Positions 23,152 to 37,402 of a stretch of 64,000 bases of DNA are shown in pieces. The notes under the pieces were generated by a model, which worked only from the letters and a program-made list of their open reading frames with translations, did not search any database and was not told the origin of the DNA. The stretch is from NCBI GenBank assembly GCA_964035575.1, contig OZ037844.1:1550001-1614000 (forward strand). Direction: 5' to 3'. The position numbers and the translations under genes are program-made. Position 1 is the first letter of the stretch. Each line of letters opens with the position of its first letter. Origin of the DNA: Rhynchopus sp. YZ270_cl-10 (taxonomy: Eukaryota).

Positions 23152-25640
23152 TATTTAATGAAAAGTACGGTTTTTATCGCGATTCCATGGCTAAAAAATG
23201 TTTCAGATGAATAGCGCAGTAACGAGAGCAAACACCGTGCAGGCTATTTTTTTGAGGCAAAAAGAGGGGCAAAAGCGAAAACCGTTCGTTTTTATTTTTT
23301 GTAAATATAGGTGCCTACGCAACGTGAGGCTTAGGTTCATCTCATAATGTTTTATTTGTCTTTTTACCTTCTTCTTCTTCTTCTTCTTCTTTTTTGCTCT
23401 AAAAAGGTTTTCTTTCCTCCCTCGTTCTTCCCATCCCCTGACGGGGATGTTATTATACACATCCGATATTTTGCAAGGTAGCCTAATCACGCGAGTGCAT
23501 CAGGTGACAAAGAGTTTTATTTCAGGTTTTCGAGGGGAAAAAAACCAAATGATCCTGCAAGGGGTTCAAGGAGGTGTGTGGAATACCAACAACAACAACA
23601 ACGAATTGCTAAGAGAAAAAAAAATTCCGGGGGTGAACTGTGGAAAACCCCCGCGCCCGATTTCAAAGCCACTGTAGCATCCTTGCGCTTTGATGGCTGG
23701 CGAGTTTTTTTTTTTGTCTGGGTATTCTGTGTTCCTTCCGCACTCCTCCTCCGATGACGATGACGAGTGGGATCGAGTGTCCCCATATCGACAGGTCACC
23801 CCAATTATGAATTTGCCTCCCTCTCCTCCGGAGACAGGAGGAAACAGGACAACAACAAATCTTCGAATTTACGTTACTTCTTATTTTTTTTTGTTATTCT
23901 TCGTGTCAGCCTTTTTATTATTTTATACACCAAGAGCGGGGGAGACGTGTTGCACTTTCACCTCTTTCTCTTTCTCTCTTTTTCTCTCTTTTCTCTCTCA
24001 TACAAAACTGCGCCACGATACAGCTTCCTCCACCCTTACCTTGGGGTGTTGTCTTCTTTTCCTTTTATTGTGTTTGGGCACATTTCTTGCGCTTTTGTCC
24101 AGCTGGTATTGATACGTGGGTCAGCGGGGAGGTGCCTGCATTATTAATCTTTACTTTATTGTTCTGACTCCTTTTTGAATGAGCCGTATAGTTCATTGAC
24201 CCAGTGTGAGAAGGATGTGTATAGCAGGCAAGGGTTTTTGCTGCTTCTTAGCGAGCGTTTTTTGCGCTGACACAACGTTTTTTCTTTTTTTTTCATGTCT
24301 TTTTTTTTAGGGTGACCGAAGCACAAAGAGTCGTGTTAGTTTGCTGTACCAATGTTGTCTTTTTCTCTTTTCCTTTCGAATTATAGTTGTGCGAGAAATA
24401 TAATGGTGAGGTCAGTACTGTGCATCGGGGGCAATGCTATAGTCAAATATCTGTTTTTTGTTGTTCTTATTCTTACATTTGTGTCAGGCTTTTTGTTGTG
24501 TTGATTCCTTTTGTTGATTTTACCTTCATGAAGGTTTACTTACCGACCTTTTGGTGAGACTCAGGGTCCTCTCACTCTTTCTCCCCCTTTTTTTTTGCTT
24601 ACAAACTCTCTCGTGATAACCGTGTGTACACCAATGAAGTGCTCTCTGGGGGTTCGATAACCCGCAGAAAACCAGTGTCTGCTGCTGTCCACCGATGAAC
24701 GGAGAGGGGTTTGCACGTTCAATTTCTCTTTTCTTTTTGTTGAAAAATGTTCCCACTAGCGACAATAGTAATCACAGTCACAACAAAACACCGGGTGGGG
24801 CAGAATTGAGGATTTTTTTGGGATGTCAAACCTCACGAAGAGGCGTTTTTGGGTTTCTTTTTTTTTTTTTACCCCACCGATATGTGTTGGATGAACTGTG
24901 AATTTCAGAATGTGAACCTGCTGTATTACACGCCACTCTCTTAGGGCATGTTCCGCACCCAATAAGGTGTACCCAAAACACCGATGTTAAAGTGTACCGT
25001 ATTCGTACTAATGTTCGACCTTTTTCAGGATTTTTCTGGAAGTTCGACCTTTTTTTTACGGTCGATAATTTTGTACGAATACAGAATATCAAAAATCCCT
25101 GAGCCTCCTCTTCTTATTCACCGTGTAGGCAAGAGAGAGGAAGGGTTCAAATTTTTCAACCACCCCCCCTGTTGATGATAAAAAAATTCAACAAAAAAAT
25201 TGTGTGAGTAAGTTGCAAAGCACACCTCATGTTTAGCACTCATTTTCTATTCACTGCCTCCGTTTATGGAAGAAAGAAACAAAAACGTTGCATAGTTCTT
25301 TTCATTTCAGCCCCCTAGGCTGTTTGCTAATACACTTCCGGCCCTTCGCGGTATGGTTGGGGAAAAGTTTCTGCGGGAAAGAATGAAGGAAGCATGAAGC
25401 ATGTATAGATCCTAGGAGAGTTCACAAAATCAGCTAGCTCCCTTCGCTAGTTGGTTGTCTCCGCTTCTCTTACGGTACGGATCACTCACCTCTCATCCTT
25501 TGCATGAGCATGGCCGAGCTGCGTTTTTAGAAGGTTTCAATTGCTCTTTGTTTCGTTAAATGCATACACACATCAGGTCGTACACAGCGCTTCCACTTTA
25601 TTACACAGCCCTACCTACACCCACGTTGCCAGCAGCAGGC

Positions 25641-28600
25641 ATGCTGCGCTGTGTGCACGCACTCTCACTTCTGTGCATTGTGTGGGGCGTTGTTGTGCCT
25701 GCAGAGCACTATGACTCGTACACACCTGCCCCTGGGGTGGAGGTGAGCGGGTTCTTCCATCGTGATGGGTACCTGCTGATGGGGACAGTGGGGAAAATAA
25801 TGCAGCTGTCGATCGACACAGCCCTGAAGCAGGTCGTGCACGCAGGTGAGAAGGTGTTTGCAGACGTGACGTCGTGGGTGCTGCGACAAGAGGACGGCAA
25901 CGTTATCCGAATGCTCGTGCTCATGACAACACCGACAGGACTCAAGTTCGGGAAGCTCGTGTGCCAGCGGCCCGTCTCCGCGTTCAATGGCCAGATCAGA
26001 ACCCTGCCAGGCTCCCCAAACGTGCGTTGCTCCAAAATAGACCAGCACAACACCAGAGACTGGATGTACATGTGCTGTGACACACCCGTGCTCTACATTG
26101 GTAACACATATACCGCTGCACACACATCAGTGGCCCTCCCAGGGAACTGTGTCGACACGACGTATGACGCCGTGAACAAGCGTCTGTACGTGGCACACCC
26201 AACTGGTGTGGTTGTGTATGACGCAACGACGCCAGATGCATTAGTGGAGTTGCCTGCAAGAAACTTTGCGAAGGTGGGTATCGTGACGTTGCAATACAAA
26301 AAAAATGACAACTTTCTGACTATGCTTGCCGAAAGCCCAACATCGCCTGGTCAGACATCTGTGCAGACGTTTCCGCCCGACGGGACAGCGTACAATGACG
26401 AGATCAGCATTGGTGCTGCGTCACGGCTTGGGTGTATCAAAGACGCGATTGCGGTGGTCTACGACCAGACAGACACATACCGGTACAATGCATTGCCTTC
26501 TTTGACAAACGAAGGTGCGATGCCAGGAGGTGTGTGGCAGGTGGGGCCTGGCACACCCACGATGTCGTGCATCTACTGTGAGACGAAGTGGCTGTTCTAC
26601 ATGTCGTACGACACACTGCATGTGCACTCCACTGACTCAGTCACCATAGAATCGACTGCTGTCCCTCCTACGTTGGCGCCAACTCCAGCTCCACCAACAC
26701 TACCACCAACACCAGCACCTGCAACACCATCGCCACCTACACCTGCACCGCCAACTCCAGCGCCACCAATACCACCACCAACACCATCACCACCAACTCC
26801 ATCGCCACCTACGCCATCACCTCCGACACCATCACCGCCGACTCCATCGCCACCAACACCAGCACCACCAACGCCATCACCACCGACACCTGCACCGCCA
26901 ACTCCTTCACCACCGACACCATCACCACCAACTCCTTCACCACCGACTCCATCGCCACCAACACCAGCACCACCAACGCCATCACCACCGACACCTGCAC
27001 CGCCAACTCCTTCACCACCGACACCATCACCACCGACTCCATCACCACCAACTCCTTCACCACCGACTCCATCGCCACCAACACCAGCACCACCAACGCC
27101 ATCACCACCGACACCTGCACCACCAACTCCTTCACCACCAACGCCATCACCACCGACACCGTCACCACCAACACCTGCACCACCGACACCATCACCACCA
27201 ACTCCAGCTCCACCAACTCCTTCACCACCAACACCATCACCACCGACACCATCACCGCCAACTCCAGCTCCACCAACTCCTTCACCACCAACACCATCAC
27301 CACCGACACCATCACCGCCAACTCCAGCTCCACCAACTCCTTCACCACCGACTCCATCGCCACCAACACCAGCACCACCTACGCCATCACCACCGACACC
27401 GTCGCCACCAACTCCAGCTCCAACGACTCCTTCACCACCAACACCTGCACCACCTACGCCTGCACCGCTAACACAATCACCACCCACACCAGCACCACCG
27501 ACGCCGTCGCCACCAACACCGACCCCTCTTACCCCAGCACCTGTGACGTCTGTGCCCCTGACACTCACACCCGCTACCCCTGCACCTCCAACACTTGCAC
27601 CAACAACACCACCACCTGCAACACCTGCACCGCAAACTCGTGCCCCAGCGACACCTTCACCGCCAACACCAGCACCTGCCACATCCGCACCCACACCACT
27701 GCCAATGGGGAGCACATTTTCGCCCACTGCAGTGCTGACCCCTGCACCTGCCACCCCATCACCACCAACACCTGCACCACAAACTCTTGCCCCAGCGACA
27801 CCTTCACCTCCAACACCCGCACCAACACCACTGCCAATGGGGAACACATTTTCGCCCACTACAGTGCCACTGACCCCTGCACCACCAACACCCGCACCCA
27901 CACCACTGCCCATGGGTAGCACATTTTCGCCCACTGCAGTGCTGACCCCTGCACCTGCCACCCCATCACCACCAACACCTGCCCCCACACCACTCCCAAT
28001 GGGGAGCACATTTTCCCCAACAACTCTCGTGCCACCCACATCAACACCAACGATGCTTCCTGCCGGGCAGACTGTTGTGCCTTCGACACCTCTCCCACAA
28101 ACAGCAACGCCCACAACGTTGCCTGCCACCGCACTGCCTGCAGGCACCACATTGGCACCACCGACACCTGCACCAACAACACTGTCCCCGCTGACGCTGT
28201 CGCCACCAACACACGCGCCGCTAACAGCACTGCCACTCACACCCCTGCCACCGACCTCGCAGCCCTTGGCTTCTTCGGCACCAACTGCAGCACCCGCAAC
28301 AACAGTGCCCCACACTGCACTGCCGACAACAGCACCAACACCCGCGTCAACGCTTTCCCCTGACCTGAGTGCAGGGCCCTTGGTTGCGACCCCACTGCCT
28401 TCGTCTGACATGCAGTCGCAGGTGCCACTCACACAGACACCGACTCCAGCACCACTCCCGACACCCACAGATGCTGTTGATGGGACGCCTTCGCCAAGCA
28501 GCCTTGCTTCTGAGGAGTCTGTGGGTAGTGGCAGTGGGAAGCTTGACTACGTACGTGCACACCACAGTGAAGACGTCGTGGAGAAAATGGACAAGGCAAC

Positions 28601-29984
28601 TGTGACGGCAGAAACAGTCTCCGGAGTGTCCAGTGCAGCGTCTGTCGTGTCCGGAGCCTCTGCCGGGTCAGCCCTTCGTCTTGCTGTGGTGGGGCAGCTG
28701 TGCAAGCTTGGCCAGCCGATGGAGGAAAGGACGTACCCACTGCTGCTGCACCCGACACAGTGGGTGCTGTTTGGGTCGCAAGCAGCTGGGGTTGTGGTGG
28801 GGAACTTCCTCATCACTATCTCGTTCTGGCTTGTGATGAGCATTGTTGTGCAGGCTGTGCATTGCACTGGCTACTTCAAGAGCATGGATGCCATGGGTCT
28901 GTGCAGGTTCCCTTCGTCACCGCTGTTTGTGTTCCAGTTTCTCTTGCAGGGAACATCGCTTGGTGCAATGGCACTTGTGTTCTATCCACCGTCAACACCA
29001 CTCTTCCTGCTTGGCGCTGCGAGTCTTATGTTCTGCTGCGTTGTGCCGTTCTACGTGCTGTACTCTGTGTGCAACGGCGTTCCCCGGAAGGCGTACTACC
29101 TGCACGACGTGGACGTGGACAGGAAGACGTGGCTGAGTGCACTGATCGGGCCTGGTGAGTGGGTGAGCAGGTTTGAGACGAACATGTGGTCGTACCGCTA
29201 CGCAGCGGTGGTGCGTCCGTACCGACAGGAGTGGGCGTGCTACTCGTTTGTTGAGATGGCGGCAAGTCTGACTGTGGCAGCTGTGGACAGCACCACTGCG
29301 CACAGCCTTGTTGCCTGTGGACACCAGAAGACGGGGAGTGCTGTGGTCTTCATTGTGCTTCTCGTTGCGGAGATATGCGCGTGGCCACATGCACGTGCAC
29401 GTGACGGGTACATGCTGCCTGCGTTCCAATGCATGCAGGCGTCTGCACTGCTGCTTATGGCTACGGGGTACTACGTTGAGAACACAGACTACTGGACGTT
29501 TGGTGCGGCAGCCAAACTGCTTGTTGCGTGTGCAGGGGTGCTTGTCCTCAAGGTTGTGCTGGACGTGTGTTCTGAGATCTACATCTACTGCACGGACCGG
29601 AGGAACAGACTGCACGAGCTTGCACTACAGCCGAAGCCGCTTTCCATGTGTGCTGTGGAGGCAGGTCTGCAGAGGCACCACTCTGGGAGCAGAGCCGACA
29701 CAGAGGAGCTGGAGGAGCTGACACGCGTGAGCCTCCTGAGCGACGATGCACTGGATGTCACTGCCAGATACTTGTCCGAAATCCAGTCGCATGTGTCGTT
29801 CACATCGATGTCAAGCATGCCGTGCATTCAAGTGGAGCCCAGCGATCAGGTGTGTTCGCCACGGCGCGACAGGGGTATGTCCAGCACCTTCACTGCGCTG
29901 AAGACAGGCGACTCACTGCTGAGCAGTGAGTCCGTTGACGCGAACCGTTGGCACAGACGGCGGAGCCAGACCTTTAGGGCTTGA
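25641..29984 (+). CDS. Mucin-stalk multipass surface protein, paralogue 2 (likely start [11 protein letters not shown])
   Basis: ORF 25560-29984; ATG 25641 aligns with the starts of paralogues 3 and 4 and begins a signal peptide; ([10 protein letters not shown])n stalk. Confidence 0.9.
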   Translation: MLRCVHALSLLCIVWGVVVPAEHYDSYTPAPGVEVSGFFHRDGYLLMGTVGKIMQLSIDTALKQVVHAGEKVFADVTSWVLRQEDGNVIRMLVLMTTPTGLKFGKLVCQRPVSAFNGQIRTLPGSPNVRCSKIDQHNTRDWMYMCCDTPVLYIGNTYTAAHTSVALPGNCVDTTYDAVNKRLYVAHPTGVVVYDATTPDALVELPARNFAKVGIVTLQYKKNDNFLTMLAESPTSPGQTSVQTFPPDGTAYNDEISIGAASRLGCIKDAIAVVYDQTDTYRYNALPSLTNEGAMPGGVWQVGPGTPTMSCIYCETKWLFYMSYDTLHVHSTDSVTIESTAVPPTLAPTPAPPTLPPTPAPATPSPPTPAPPTPAPPIPPPTPSPPTPSPPTPSPPTPSPPTPSPPTPAPPTPSPPTPAPPTPSPPTPSPPTPSPPTPSPPTPAPPTPSPPTPAPPTPSPPTPSPPTPSPPTPSPPTPSPPTPAPPTPSPPTPAPPTPSPPTPSPPTPSPPTPAPPTPSPPTPAPPTPSPPTPSPPTPSPPTPAPPTPSPPTPSPPTPSPPTPAPPTPSPPTPSPPTPAPPTPSPPTPSPPTPAPTTPSPPTPAPPTPAPLTQSPPTPAPPTPSPPTPTPLTPAPVTSVPLTLTPATPAPPTLAPTTPPPATPAPQTRAPATPSPPTPAPATSAPTPLPMGSTFSPTAVLTPAPATPSPPTPAPQTLAPATPSPPTPAPTPLPMGNTFSPTTVPLTPAPPTPAPTPLPMGSTFSPTAVLTPAPATPSPPTPAPTPLPMGSTFSPTTLVPPTSTPTMLPAGQTVVPSTPLPQTATPTTLPATALPAGTTLAPPTPAPTTLSPLTLSPPTHAPLTALPLTPLPPTSQPLASSAPTAAPATTVPHTALPTTAPTPASTLSPDLSAGPLVATPLPSSDMQSQVPLTQTPTPAPLPTPTDAVDGTPSPSSLASEESVGSGSGKLDYVRAHHSEDVVEKMDKATVTAETVSGVSSAASVVSGASAGSALRLAVVGQLCKLGQPMEERTYPLLLHPTQWVLFGSQAAGVVVGNFLITISFWLVMSIVVQAVHCTGYFKSMDAMGLCRFPSSPLFVFQFLLQGTSLGAMALVFYPPSTPLFLLGAASLMFCCVVPFYVLYSVCNGVPRKAYYLHDVDVDRKTWLSALIGPGEWVSRFETNMWSYRYAAVVRPYRQEWACYSFVEMAASLTVAAVDSTTAHSLVACGHQKTGSAVVFIVLLVAEICAWPHARARDGYMLPAFQCMQASALLLMATGYYVENTDYWTFGAAAKLLVACAGVLVLKVVLDVCSEIYIYCTDRRNRLHELALQPKPLSMCAVEAGLQRHHSGSRADTEELEELTRVSLLSDDALDVTARYLSEIQSHVSFTSMSSMPCIQVEPSDQVCSPRRDRGMSSTFTALKTGDSLLSSESVDANRWHRRRSQTFRA

Positions 29985-31528
29985 CCTGCGGACGGTCCTA
30001 CTAGGATGTGTTGTACATGCGAGGTGATGTGCCCTGTTTTGCGTGGGTTTCACTTGCGACGAATATGCGACCAGATGTGTGTTCGCAGTAACTCATGTCC
30101 AGTTCCTGTGTGGAACATTACCCACTTTTTTCTGAGCGAAGTGCTTTCATGCCTCACTGCAGGGCATCACTACTTGGTACCTGCATGTGAAGATTTGCAC
30201 TTCGAACTACCTTCGCTTCTTTTAATTTAGCTCTATACCTGTACACTCGCAATTTTGGCAAGGGATTCCCGCAGCACTGACGTCTCAGTGCAAGGGACAC
30301 CTGCCAGGCTTTGTATTTTTCTGGTCTTGAAATATTGTGCTTTTTGATTTTTTTTCATTCTGTATTCAGTGTTTCCCAGCATCTCACCTAACTCTGAAAA
30401 TAGGTGAGATTTTGCGGTTTTGCGGGTTTTTGTATAGGTGTGGCGAGCCCGGGCGCGCTTCGCGCGCCCGGGTCCCCACCTTAGCTCAAGTTGAGGGCCT
30501 CCGGCGGAATGTGAGAATTTCTCGGAGTTCGGCACTTCATTGATATTTGCACCAGTACATTTACAAAATAAACGGCAGTCATGGCAGGCATGACACCCAA
30601 GCGAAGCCACGGTACGCAACATTTCTAAAAATTGTTGACATAAATGTCACTGTCGTTGGAAGATTGGGGGGTCAGCTTGTTTTTGTGCCCAAAATTTCTC
30701 AGCACTGCTGACAAGGGACATTGGGAACATAGGGATTTTTGCGGAGCAAAAAAAAAATCAAACAAATGGCGCCGCAGGCGAAAAAAAATTAGGGTACAGT
30801 GTAAAAATCTATCTTTTTTACAGCACATAGTCACACACCTATTATGGTCCTAACCCTTTTTTGCGGAGCAAAAAAGGGAAAATGGCGCCGCAGGCAAAAA
30901 AAAATTGAGGTACAGCCTGGATGGTGCGGTCAGCAACCCAGTTCCCCATGGTACTCCCGTGGTTCAACCATGATTTTTTTTTTTTTTTTTTTCCTGCAGG
31001 TGAGATTTCTCACCTCACTTTTTTTTTTTTTTTTTTTTTGTGAGATTTCTCACCCCAAAATCTCACCGTGGGAAACACTGTCTGTATTGCCATTTGTCTT
31101 CTCTCTTTCCCCCCCTCCACGCCCGTTTGTTCCTAAGTGAAGTGTCCTGCGTCCGCCGTGTCCGGTGTGGCGTGCACTTTCAATTTCTCTTTTTCCCTTT
31201 AGCCTCGGGCTAACTTTTACGTGATCTTCTTTTTTGTATTTGTGTGTTTTTTTGTTTGTGTTTATCATTCTTCAAGTAAGGTGGAGGTTTTGGCAGAAAA
31301 GGCTGTCCACAAGGTTGCTAGTTTTGTTTAAAAAGATTCCTTAATTGAACGATAAACGATGTCCATTTTTTTTTTTTTTGGAGTAAAAATTCAGGCCTTT
31401 TGCTAACCATCATGCCATCATGCCACGTTTTTGGCGTTTTTTATTTTTTTTTCCATCATGCCACCATCATGCCACGGGGGGTGGTGGGGCAAGGCTTTCG
31501 CTATCCATCACCTGGGGATTTCCCCCCA

Positions 31529-31727
31529 GATGGCATGATGGCATGATGGCATGATGGCATGATGGCATGATGGCATGATGGCATGATGGCATGATGGCAT
31601 GATGGCATGATGGCATGATGGCATGATGGCATGATGGCATGATGGCATGATGGCATGATGGCATGATGGCATGATGGCATGATGGCATGATGGCATGATG
31701 GCATGATGGCATGATGGCATGATGGCA
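31529..31727. repeat. (GATGGCAT)n 8-mer array, ~25 units, inside a probable non-autonomous element (~31512-32208)
   Basis: Inverted units at 31409-31475; internal segments shared with 43985-44250. Confidence 0.9.
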
Positions 31728-33231
31728 CCTTAAAATTTTTCTGCTCGCTGCGCTCGCGGAGGTATACCTCAAAAAAATTTCCGCTCGCTTCGCTCGCGCT
31801 GTACGCCATTTTCTTCCTGCCTACGGTGCCATTTTACAATGTCTAGGGGGATTCACTTGCATTTTACAGCCAAAAATGAAATTTGACCCAAGCTGCAAAA
31901 GTTTGACCATTTTTAGTTCAAAGTGACCCAGCCGTTGCAACAGCCCCTGCTTCTGGAAGACGTATTGATTTTGTACGGTTAGTGTACGTAAGGCGCAAGA
32001 CCAAGCGCCGTTAATAAAGGATTAGATTCCGTTTTTTTGTTATCTCGCAAAGCTGACCCTTCGCCTCTCCACCCTGTGGCTGGCAGGGAGGCGCGCGCGA
32101 AGCGCGCGACGACCGCTTTCACCAGGTGGGAAAGCTCGGAATGTACTTTTTTTCCAGGAAATTATTTTTTTTTGACCATCATGCCATTCAGGGGGAAAAT
32201 CCCAAAGTTAGCAAAAGGCCTGAGTAAAAATGCAGTTTTATTGCAATAATCTGCTGTCGTTTCTTTCCAGGAAAGAAAAAAAATCCACTGTTTAGAGATA
32301 AGGTATGCCGTCTGGATGTGTCATAACAGGATGGGTGCACTGAATTATTTATGGTGGTCACTGAGAACGGATCATGTTTCGTACTCTTTTTTTTTGAACC
32401 GCTCCCCTCCCCGGGAGGAAAACCTGCGGGGGAAAAAAATATGCGGAAATGCACCAATTTCAGCACCCAATTTACCTCAAATTATAATTCATTTCAAACA
32501 CTGTCTTTTGCCGTATCAGGCAATAGTCAGTACAACTAAAGGATGGGCTTCGTTCAAGCCGTCTTTCATTCCTTAACAACTAATTACTCGGGAAAGAAAC
32601 ACCCCTTTTCAGTTTTTGTTTTCTAAACCACAGACTGCCCCCAGAAACATACAGTTTCATGACAAGCTGTGTGTCCCGGTTTTTGCCCTCAGCAGGTCAG
32701 CGGGGTCTCAATTTCAAAAACTTTCCTTTTTTGTTTTATTTTAAATATTGAGGTGCCTAAGACTGCCGTGCCTAAGCACAACAGTATTAGCGTCATCTCT
32801 TGTCAACACTTTTCTCTCCCTCTCTCCCTCTTTCTTTCCTTCTTTCCTTTCTTTTTTCCAAATCCAATCGCGCTGAGGAAGGGCAATTTCCAGGTATGGT
32901 CAGACAATGACGCGGAGGGGAAAGAGTTGTGGAGTTGAGGAGTTGTGGAAATTTTTGCCCCACACCGGCATTTTTTTTCTTCTTCAATTCAACTTATTTT
33001 TCTTTTCTACGTTTTGCAAAACACACACCATAAAAAGAAAGATGGGGCCATTTTTGTTGATCCCTCACCATATACTATCAATTTATTGATTGCATATGAT
33101 GAAAATACTTCTTCAAAATATCACCAACACTAGTAGCGTCCCTTGGCAATCATTGTAGATAATAAAAACAAAAAATAAGGGGGAAAAAAAAAACTATCAA
33201 AGGAAAAACCCCCCCAAAGCGGGGGTTTTTA

Positions 33232-33271
33232 GTGCCTGTGTCCCAGAAGCGTTTGCACATATCAACTTCAC
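33232..33271 (+). repeat. Dispersed ~40-nt hairpin family C
   Basis: GTGCCTG(C/T)GTCCCAGA(G/A)GCGTTTGCAC..ATCAACTTCAC; also 33781-33816, 54722-54761 and a partial copy at ~43200-43225. Confidence 0.75.
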
Positions 33272-35101
33272 TTTTTTATGACTAATCACGAGAGGCTTAG
33301 GTTCATCTTAATAACCGTTTTCTCATGTATTGCCTTCTCTTTATGTGAGCCAAAAAAAAAGGTTGCTTCGCGCTGCGTTTTTTTTTGGCGTTCATTCCTT
33401 ATAGTGCTTGGTAATAACTTTTTTGAGCCCAATAGTCTGTCGAGTACAATAGTGAAGTGAAGAGGGGGGTATTTCATTTGTGTTCAAAAAACATGATCGT
33501 AAAATGTTGGGAATATGGACTAAAAAAAAGTGTTTGAAATTTACATTAGTTCGATTCCGACACATCGCTACTTGCCGCCACATGGCACAGCAGAGCCATA
33601 CTCTATCTCTGTTACACAAGGGATGATGATGGATCTGTCGTACATTATTTTATTTTTTTGACGTGCGTGTTAAAGAATACCACTGCTATTCTTTCGAGTA
33701 CCGTGTTACACCCCCTTTTTAATGCTTGCTGCCAAAGCAGTGAGGATACGAATTTTGTTTGTTTCTTTCTTTTTCAGTCAGCTGCGTCCCAGAGGCGTTT
33801 GCACTATCAATCTCACTTTTTTTTTTTTTTTTGAGTGTTGTTAGCTAGCCGCGACTTTGTACAGCAACACAACTTATTTTTCCAAGAATTATTTACCCTC
33901 CCCATTTTACCCCCCCTAATGGATTTCAAGTATCCTTCCTCTTGACTGTTAAACAGTTATCAATTGTCAACAGTTTTCGTTCTCCAGACTACGAGACACG
34001 CCCCCCTCCTCTTCGCACTCAATTACCCCCACCCTGGGGTGGCAAATACGTATACGTGATACGTAGCGGGTTTTTTTATACGTATTTTAACGCATCACAC
34101 GCGATACGTGGGGAGTAGTCACGTATTTGCCAACACAGACCCCCATCCGTGCGAGCCTCAACTCTCAACATTATATTCATTAACCAGCTCTTATCATCCT
34201 TTCTTTCAGCTCTCATCATCTATTCGTGTTTTCTTCTGTTCTTAATTGTTACGTTTTTTTAAAAGATGTGAGCCGAGAGGTTTGTGCATCTGACATGTTT
34301 TGTTATCTTTTAGTGTGACGAAACACCCTGCGAGGCCTTTTTCTGCATCTTACTCATTTTCTTCTTCAGTTTGAATCCCTTCTCCATGCATGTCCTCCCC
34401 CTCCCCCTTGCCAAGGTTCAATTGGTTACGCGACACGTAAAGGGAGTATTTAGTAGTGTACAATATATTTTTTTTTGTATTTCTGCATCCCAGTGGGTGT
34501 CTACACGTCTATCAATTTCCCTCCTTTAAATTGTGATTGCATTAGTGTGAACACTTCGTTCTTCACTTTTATTTTTCTTCCACGATTCCTTCTGAAAAAA
34601 AAAATATGTGTATTGTGTTCTTGGCAGCTTCACACTTTACTCCTTGTTTTGGATTGCGTCTCTAAAGGGCAATACTTCCTTTGTCTCTTTAAACCAATCT
34701 TGGTTGTGCGTGCATCCTGTGTGGAGCCTTTCTGCGTTGCTTCCAAACAAAATGGATAGTTTTGCTAAGATAGAGAGAGGAACAAAAAGCAAAAAAGAGG
34801 GGGAAAAACAACACCACTGAGATTCAAAAGCAGCCTTCTATTGTTGTCCTCTCGCGGGTTAGGGTGCATCGAAACGAAAACAAAAAATGTACATTCTGCG
34901 CTCGCGAGTAACCAAGCAGCAGGCCATCTTTGTCTCTGTTTTTTCCCCTCTTTTTTGTGCGGTTCCTTAACACGTGGCTCCTTGTGCAAAGATGCTCTGA
35001 GCATCTTGATATTTTTCATTTTTTTTTATGATTTTTTATATTTTTTTATGTGTGTGTACAAAAGAGGAAGATTTTGCTCTTTCTTTTCGTTGTTTCTTTT
35101 T

Positions 35102-35460
35102 CCTCTCTCTCTCTCTCTCTCTTGTCCTTGTAAATCCTCAGACAGCAATATTTGGACCGTTCTTTTTGCATTTGCATTCCTTGAGTGTGACGTGAAGGTT
35201 GTGTCTTGCAAGGAACCAGGACCGATACTGCACCATACGGGTCCTTTTTGGTGGTGCTTATGCTTCATAGGATGACAAAGACAAGCCTTGTGTCGAACAG
35301 GCAGTGGTGTCCCTTCAGGTGCGCACCATGCATGTGGCCTGGTGGGACTGTCGTGAAGTGTTCTGCAGCAGGTGTTTTGATAGCGGCAGCACTGCAAGGG
35401 GACGTCTACCTGCTTTTGTTCTTCGAAGGTGGCTAACAGAAGAAGGGGCTTAGGATCCTT
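35102..35460 (+). repeat. ~360-bp SINE-like dispersed repeat ending in a family-A hairpin (copy 1)
   Basis: Near-identical to 53962-54325, same orientation. Confidence 0.9.
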
Positions 35461-35758
35461 TTATTTTTCATTTTTTTCATTTTTTATTTTTGGCGTGCAT
35501 TCAAGACATTGTCTGCGCATTGTCAATTTTTTCACCCCCTCTCTCTCTCTCCTTCCGATTCCTGGCGGCAGTTTTTTTATTTTTTTATTTTAAAGTTTGT
35601 CAGAGCTCCCCATCTTTTGTCTGAATATGTGTGTGTTTTTTTTTCTTTTTGTGCACACACATAATTTCATTTTTTTTTCCACTACGATTTCCCCCTCTTT
35701 CCCCTTTCTTCTTTAATGTCAACGTGTCAAAGCTATGAAAATATTTTTAAAAGCTATT

Positions 35759-35813
35759 GGTGTGGCTGAAGGGGAGTGCTATTTTCTGCTATTTTGGGGT
35801 CGCCAGCCACACC
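35759..35813. mobile_element. 55-bp MITE, GGTGTGGCTG TIR
   Basis: TIRs plus imperfect 8-bp flanking duplication AAGCTATT / AGGCTATT. Confidence 0.75.
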
Positions 35814-36103
35814 AGGCTATTTTTGTTTTACAATCAATGGGACGCTTTTTTTCATTATTTTTTTTGGTGGCAATGGAAGATGTTTTCACCTTCCAACACT
35901 CATCCTTCCTTTGACTTCAACCTTGGTCCCTCCCTGGGATTCCCCCCCCCTAGAAATCAAGCGTGATCTACTGGTTGAGATGTGCATGCGCGCAATGCTA
36001 TTCAAACGCATACCTTTTGTTTACGCAAATTCAAATCATCGACAAATCAATAAATTCGTCATTGAAAGAAAGAAAGATTTACCCCCCCCCCCCCCCCCCC
36101 CCC

Positions 36104-37282
36104 TAGGTGGGGGCAAAACCTTCAGGACGGGTGAGGCATTTTGACTTTTTTGGACTTCCGCGCAAAGTACCCACAAACCACCCCTCATACCCACCCAGAA
36201 ATGGGTCAGAAACACCCTGTGACCCGAAAATCCATGCTAAGGGCGACTCAGAATATGAAAAAATGCAAAAAAATAGTGAAAAAGTGGCCTTTTGACGGTT
36301 TTGGCCATGTTGGGTAAAATGGCCATTTTTGGACAAAAAAATCAAAAAAACAGCAAAATTTCGACGTCATGACAGCTGCTTGGGCACAAACCTACCCCAG
36401 GGAGGTCCTGTGAGTCCATTCCGACCTGTTTTGGACACTTTAGGTACTTTTTTTGGCCGTTTTTTGGTGTTTTTAGGTCAAAAAATACCCTGGACTTTAC
36501 CCTGGACGTCCCTGGGCCGCGACTTGCGCCCTGCTTTCAGACCCACTCTGGGCCAAAAAATGGGTGAAAACCCCCGAAAAAGCACTCCGGGAACCCAGAT
36601 AGTTCCAAATATCCACTAGAAACCCACCCAAACACCTCAAAAACATGCCAGAAAAATATTTTCAAAAACACACTTTTTTCAAAAAGTTCATCTGGGCAGG
36701 TTCCATAATGACTTATTTGAAAAAGTGTGTTTTTAAAAATATTTTTCTGGCATGTTTTTGAGGTGTTTGGGTGGGTTTCTGGTGGATATTTGGAACTATC
36801 TGGGTTCCCGGAGTGCTTTTTCGGGGGTTTTCACCCATTTTTTGGCCCAGAGTGGGTCTGAAAGCAGGGCGCAAGTCCGGTCCGGGGATAGTCCGGGGAT
36901 GTTTTTTGACCTAAAAACACCAAAAAACGGCCAAAAAAAGTACCTAAAGTGTCCAAAACAGGTCGGAATAGACTCACAGGACCTCCCTGGGGTAGGTTTG
37001 TGCCCAAGCAGCTGTCATGACGTCGAAATTTTGCTGTTTTTTTGATTTTTTTGTCCAAAAATGGCCATTTTACCCAACATGGCCAAAACCGTCAAAAGGC
37101 CACTTTTTCACTATTTTTTTGCATTTTTTCATATTCTGAGTCGCCCTTAGCATGGATTTTCGGGTCACAGGGTGTTTCTGACCCATTTCTGGGTGGGTAT
37201 GAGGGGTGGTTTGTACGTACTTTGCGCGGAAGTCCAAAAAAGTCAAAATGCCTCAAAAAAATAGGGGTTTTGCCCCCACCTA
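36104..37282. mobile_element. 1.18-kb foldback element (arms ~36132-36687 and ~36711-37255)
   Basis: ~550-bp near-perfect inverted arms with a ~25-bp spacer; outer TIR TAGGTGGGGGCAAAACC; poly-C runs on both sides. Confidence 0.9.
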
Positions 37283-37402
37283 CCCCCCCCCCCCCCCCCC
37301 TTTTGAAATACCAGTTCCTACTGTACATTGCACAACACTACCTAGACCCACCCCACGAACAGCGTTTTGAGCACCCACTCCCCCCCAGCCCATCAGTAGA
37401 CG

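Noticed and set aside
24649..24665. tRNA or Pol III B-box (GGTTCGATAACC; also ~54695-54710)
   Set aside because: Only a T-arm-like hairpin; no cloverleaf or A box found
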